DNA from: Syncephalis fuscata S228
Lineage: Eukaryota; Fungi; Zoopagomycota
NCBI GenBank assembly: GCA_025786725.1
Contig: JAHLTZ010000001.1
Span: 434,001 to 498,000, forward strand
Reading direction: 5' to 3'
Length of the DNA: 64,000 nucleotides
Below are positions 53,724 to 64,000 of this stretch, in pieces. The notes below the pieces were generated by a model, which made no database searches, was not told the origin of the DNA, and worked only from the letters and a program-made list of their open reading frames with translations. Position numbers and translations under genes: made by a program. How positions within the stretch are numbered: position 1 is the first letter of the stretch; every line of letters starts with the position of its first letter.

Positions 53724-54183
53724 TTAATTAAGATTCTTTTCTGTTATGGTTGTTGTTTCTTTCTTCTCTTCATCATGAACTTGTTCTAATTGATCATTGT
53801 AACCAAGTTTACGTAAATCACGCCATGTTTCTTCAGGCTCTGACATAGTTTGAAGTGTATACATTTCAAGGAAGCCACGTAGAGTTAGATCATTATTGTC
53901 GTTAACATCAAAGTTCTCTTGAATCTCTTCAATAGTCTCTTCTGTAAACTATTGTTCATATTATGTTATTACGTTATTACATTATTATGTTTATATTCCT
54001 ACTATTAAAGACACTACTACTTACTGAATCGCCATTGGTAGCTACTGCAAATGCATTCAACTCTTTTAGTGATAGTGCACCATCTTTATCTACATCAAAT
54101 CGATTAAAGATCTCTTTAAGAGCTGCTTCACACGCAGGTGTAAAAAAGTCTTCTTCGGTGTCAAATAGTTCGATTGGTGCCAT
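53724..54183 (-). CDS. Small EF-hand calcium-binding protein (2 exons)
   Basis: LKEIFNRFDVDKDGALSLKELNAFAVATNG; second exon FDVNDNNDLTLRGFLEMYTLQT..EPEETWRDLRKLGY. Confidence 0.8.
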
Positions 54184-54382
54184 GATCAATAAGTGAATCG
54201 AGTAAAAAAAAGAGTAAAAGATAGACAAATAGAAGAGGAAAAGTAATAAAATAAAAAGACGCGCTATCTTTACGTGATTTATTTGGTTCTTTTATCGTGT
54301 CATTATTAGTCCTTTTTTCTCTTTCTTTGGCTCGTTTCATACTGTCAAGTATTCTATCAATTACGACTCTTACCAGTACAAT

Positions 54383-59625
<5,243 letters not shown>

Positions 59626-62441
59626 ACCAATACTGTTCATTAAACAAATTTCAAGTAATACTGCTATTAATGAGGCACTAGCAGCGTGTGCTCCTAGTAG
59701 AACGAGAAGAGTGGATAAATAAAATGTCGTTGTGTCAAAATAATCCAAGAAAGAAAAGGGATGATGGCCGCTAGAGTCAAAAGTGGCATTGAATCGATGC
59801 TGTACACCGGCAGTCGGTCCTGTGTAGATAGTTGTAACGGGCGTGATAATCTCAAGCGTTGCTGTTGCTTGAGCCTGTTGAATATATTGTGTTGTCATCA
59901 TTGGTGCGGCAGTGGCAGCGGTAGCAGCTGTAGCTGTAGCCGTAGCCGCATTAACAGAAGCTGATCCTAAAAGAGGCGAGGGATGCAGAGAGAGTGCGGA
60001 TGCAGCGCTAGCCACTGAAGCGCTAGCCGCATTACCAGAATTATGAGCTAATTGTCTGTAATTTAAATATTTATATCAATAAATGTACAAATGCTATGTC
60101 ATGTTCTACTTACGGGTTAGCAGCATTGGATGCTGAAGCAGGTGTAGCGTGTGTTGCAGCAGTGTTTGTCGCTGCAGATGCTGCTGGTGTAGCACTGGCT
60201 GCCACGGCCATCATGTGTAAAGTAGGAGCGGCAGTAGCGAATGAAAGCGATGTGCCAGTTGGTGCTATAGCTCCAGCAACAGTAGGCGTAGCGTGTCCTA
60301 TCGTATAATTAGTATACATTTATCATTTATATTAAGTTTGAAATTGTCTAGTTTACCTTGGGCAGCATGAGTAGGCGCTAGTGCTTTGGCCATGGTGCAG
60401 TAGTAGCGGCTGTTGCCGTAACAGCTAATGTATTAGTAGCACCAATATTATTGGCTAATGTTGGTCCATTGTGGCCATTGCCGGTAGATTGATCGATTGC
60501 CCAGTTACCATGACGGCCATCGTTATCGTACATAGGTAGATTGATACAATAAGCCATCGTTGCTGACGGCCATTATCGCTATAACGAGGCAATGCATAGT
60601 AATTATAAGAAGACACAAAGCTTTTTCCTAATAGTATAAAGAGGCGCAATACGCTTAAAGAATAACTAAAACAGAGCAAACAAATTGAAATGTATAAATT
60701 AAGGATAGCTTGCAACTAACTAATGTTAAATTTTTAATACTAGTTCTATCCGTGCTTTGTTTTCAAGGGCTGTACTGCCCTGCAATTATAGCAGTATGGC
60801 TGTAATGCAAGCTATGTCATGGCTATTACTCAATGCTTTTATCTTCAGGGGATATGCAAATAAGCACACTTTTATTAAAGCATAATTATCTAAAGCCTAT
60901 AATAAACATATGCGTATGCACGGTACTCCTGGACTCCTTTTAAAGTGCCATTACACGCTCCTTTTTATACTCATCAACTATGTGCTACTAACCTTAATTA
61001 CTAAATATTGTTACACTTGATCTTAAAAGGCGTGAACTAAATGATTGGGCGACATTTTGTTTTAACGTTATCTTATAATGTTAGTTTTTGGTATTATAAA
61101 TAAAATCTTTATTGCATTTATATGTTTATCATTTTATAATTAGATAAACATAACAATTTGTTGAAAATAGCAATCGAAAATTGATTATAATGTACATATT
61201 ATTACTATTTTATGCAATTAATCGTTTATTATATGGCTAAATATGCTACCAAATAGCATATTGCAATATGGTTTATTTGTTCGAGCATCTGCTGCCTGGA
61301 TGATACTTTACACAACTACAGCAATATCGAATCGTAAAAGTGATAGCTTTGATGAAGAATTTTAATTTTTGAAAATATGCCGATATACTATCATTGATTT
61401 GCAGAATAGAGAAGATGTATATGAAATCCATAGTCTTGTTCTAGTGCATTTATAATGAATTATTTTTGTCATTGCCAAATAAGCCATCTATACACTAGAA
61501 CTGTCACTAGTTAATGTGCCATGCACTGCTTCTGTGCATTCAATTTTAACTATATATATATAACTGAAACGGATTGCTGAATACGTTATAATATTAACAT
61601 TATTTTATGATCAAGCAATCGATGACATCAATGTTTGAACCCAATGATTTAACATCGAAAATGCCATTACATAAAAATCAATAGCTAATACCAGCAATCA
61701 ATTGTTAACAATAATAATTGCAGCAATAGTGGATAGTACAATGTAGAAATGAGCTGCTCATTTTTGCAGATAAACCACATTGCCAATTTGAGTGGACATG
61801 CAAACCAATCAGTATATTGCATGATTTAGAAAACTACAACATGTTTATGCATAGTAGTAAATACTAGTAAAAAAGTACAAGTTTAATGCATTGACATTGC
61901 TGTTGCATCGGCGTTAAGCGGCGTTTGGAACGCATGCAGATACTGAGAATTAAGATTGTTGAGTAAAAGCGATAACAGACATAGTGGTGCTTTATCACTG
62001 TGTTTTAAAACCAATATATTTATTTTGCATCGCATGGTCAGTTGCATGCAATGGTATAATATCCAGCAATAAGTAACTTCTACCACATGTGTACTAGATG
62101 ATTGAAATTGCCGCGTCATCTGTGTAATTGCCGAGCAGGTTAAAGCAAAAACCTCGGCAGCATGTTATTACGTCATTGCTATGTTGGTATATACGTATGC
62201 TCCAAGCCACCATGCAAATGTGCTGTTATTGGTTCACGCTGTACATAATGGTATGACCTATACAGCACAGTATACTGGTATCTCAGCATAATCATATACT
62301 TAAATAGCCCCAAAATACACACAACTAACTAGCGATATCATCGCCACATTCTAATCTCTGCCAAATACTCACTATTATCTATTTTATATTACCGAATTTA
62401 TTGTTTAATATACTTTATTATTTTAGCAAATCAATATCACC

Positions 62442-62535
62442 ATGAAGCTTTCTATTGCCGTCGTTTGCACCATTGTCGTGGCCTTTGTGGCTAATACTGC
62501 TATGGTGGATGCTAAGCCAAACCGAATCCGCCGTG
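62442..62535 (+). pseudogene. Paralogous leader exon of the micro-exon peptide gene (MKLSIAVVCTIVVAFVANTAMVDAKPNRIRR-G) with no micro-exon array; truncated copy or short variant
   Basis: Same 94-nt length, same phase-1 GTATGTTGCAAT donor and conserved promoter as 41325-41418. Only ~245 bp separate it from the convergent gene, and the TATA box is changed to CTTAAA. Confidence 0.65.
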
Positions 62536-62779
62536 GTATGTTGCAATTACTATATATACATATACAAATTGGTATATCATAATAAATAAATAGCACACAT
62601 TAAATATGCAATTAAACTTTTTGAATATATTTGATTCATCACTTATATTTTCAACAATTATAATAAAATTTATTTGGCATGAAAATTTATATTAACGAAT
62701 ATCAACATGACACATTATCGCAATATCAAATAGATGTATAATAAGCTGTTTAGTAAAGAATAAAATAAATTAATAGCAA

Positions 62780-63880
62780 TTAAAATGACAAATCTATTAT
62801 TTTATAATCTTTGCCACGAGCTATTAACATCGCGTTTCTCGTGTTAAATGTATCGTTTAATAATAAAGGATGATTAATCAGGCGGTCAAGCCTTACAATA
62901 ATAGTACGACGTCGAAGCACTTGTTTGTATAAATACTCTGAATTTTTCTTGCCCAACTTTCTGGTACGATTTGAATTAATTAAATCTATCGCTGTAAGTG
63001 TGCCGTCGTCTTTAGAGCTACAAACAATAAATCCTCCAATACATAATGAAAAATGCTTAGTATACTTGTTTATATTTAGCAGGCGAGGAGCTCCAGGCAC
63101 TGAACTTAAGGTTTCTACGTCGATATGTGCTAGTATAGCGCCATCGGTTAGGCTGTGAATTGCCCAGTTTTTTGAATACATAACAAGAATGCGGTTAAAA
63201 CCAAATAGCGGTACTGTGCTATAACGATAGTTGTTAAGTAGCCAAATGGGTTCTACGTTTTTAATACAAGCATTTGGGCTGCCGCATTCTGTTGAAATCA
63301 TAGCTAAGCTTATTTCATCTGCTCTGTCTTTGTTCACTATATTAACAGCTAGCTTTGAGTTATTCTCAATTAAAACTCGATTGTCATCTAGTTTTCTAAC
63401 AAGAATTTTAAAGTCTTCAAACCTTTTAAAGCATATTTCTCCTTGCATTAGACAACGCGGGCCATATCCTAGATGGCGAGCTGAAAACTCCCATACGTTC
63501 CATTTAAGCGTGGTAGTGGTATCAGAATAATGCAATGATCTACTAAATATAGTTACTGCTTCTTCGGTAGCTTTCAATAAAAATGTTTCACCATGATGAG
63601 TTGTAATAGTACCCATGCACAATTGACCGTTAGCAAGATCAAAAACGTGAGTTGCTAGTACATTTGATCTATCTGTTTCTCCGGTTGTTGGCTTTAAATG
63701 ATTAATCATCATCCAGCGACCACGAATGCTTGCACTGTCGCATAAACAGGAAAATTGACGCGGTCGTATAAGTGAGATCAGATGCAGCGGCCAAATGTAA
63801 ATGATGCATGGCTCTGTAATAAAATCTGCGTTATTTGCTTGTTTAGTAATAGCCACTACAAATCTATCTGATATCAACAT
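62780..63880 (-). CDS. Uncharacterised intronless protein (>=366 aa; probably extends beyond the window)
   Basis: Long open frame in AT-rich DNA, beta-rich character; no family recognised. Confidence 0.6.
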   Translation of the reverse strand: MLISDRFVVAITKQANNADFITEPCIIYIWPLHLISLIRPRQFSCLCDSASIRGRWMMINHLKPTTGETDRSNVLATHVFDLANGQLCMGTITTHHGETFLLKATEEAVTIFSRSLHYSDTTTTLKWNVWEFSARHLGYGPRCLMQGEICFKRFEDFKILVRKLDDNRVLIENNSKLAVNIVNKDRADEISLAMISTECGSPNACIKNVEPIWLLNNYRYSTVPLFGFNRILVMYSKNWAIHSLTDGAILAHIDVETLSSVPGAPRLLNINKYTKHFSLCIGGFIVCSSKDDGTLTAIDLINSNRTRKLGKKNSEYLYKQVLRRRTIIVRLDRLINHPLLLNDTFNTRNAMLIARGKDYKIIDLSF

Positions 63881-64000
63881 TGTTTTGCGTAATATTTATA
63901 GTTTGCATCATTTTGAAATAATTTACGTAAGCGCCAAAATCGCTCAGTAAACGCTTCTCCTATTGGCTGACATTGTTCAACAATAAAGCATTTACGCAGG

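Overview
Eukaryotic, AT-rich, intron-dense fungal DNA with short (~50-80 nt) introns. A U12-type intron and the gene content suggest an early-diverging fungus (Zoopagomycota/Mucoromycota-like; this is inference). Housekeeping blocks (DRS2- and DNF3-like P4-ATPases, coronin, CDC37, tandem dihydroneopterin aldolase, 2-phosphoglycerate-kinase-like NTPase, JMJD4, a tyrosine phosphatase, eIF4G, RIC8, CPSF6-like RRM, SPC25, EF-hand protein, SMC3) alternate with AT-rich accessory islands carrying secreted-protein genes and dispersed repeats. The standout is 41325-44161, which the ORF track misses. A signal/pro-peptide exon ending in a Kex2-type RR site is followed by a ~2.7 kb tandem array of ~80-nt units. 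Each unit is one spliceosomal intron plus a micro-exon (26 of 3 nt, plus one 1-nt and one 2-nt). Spliced together they give an open frame encoding a 27-aa, 4-cysteine mature peptide (ADSTCLSHCTRGGDTKFCSHNYFPAQC) that ends exactly on TAA TAA, so the gene is built roughly one codon per exon. A tRNA-derived SINE with a 17-bp target-site duplication sits in one array intron. A paralogous promoter plus leader exon lacking the array lies at ~62.1-62.6 kb. Several single-base frameshifts in homopolymers of essential genes point to assembly indel errors.
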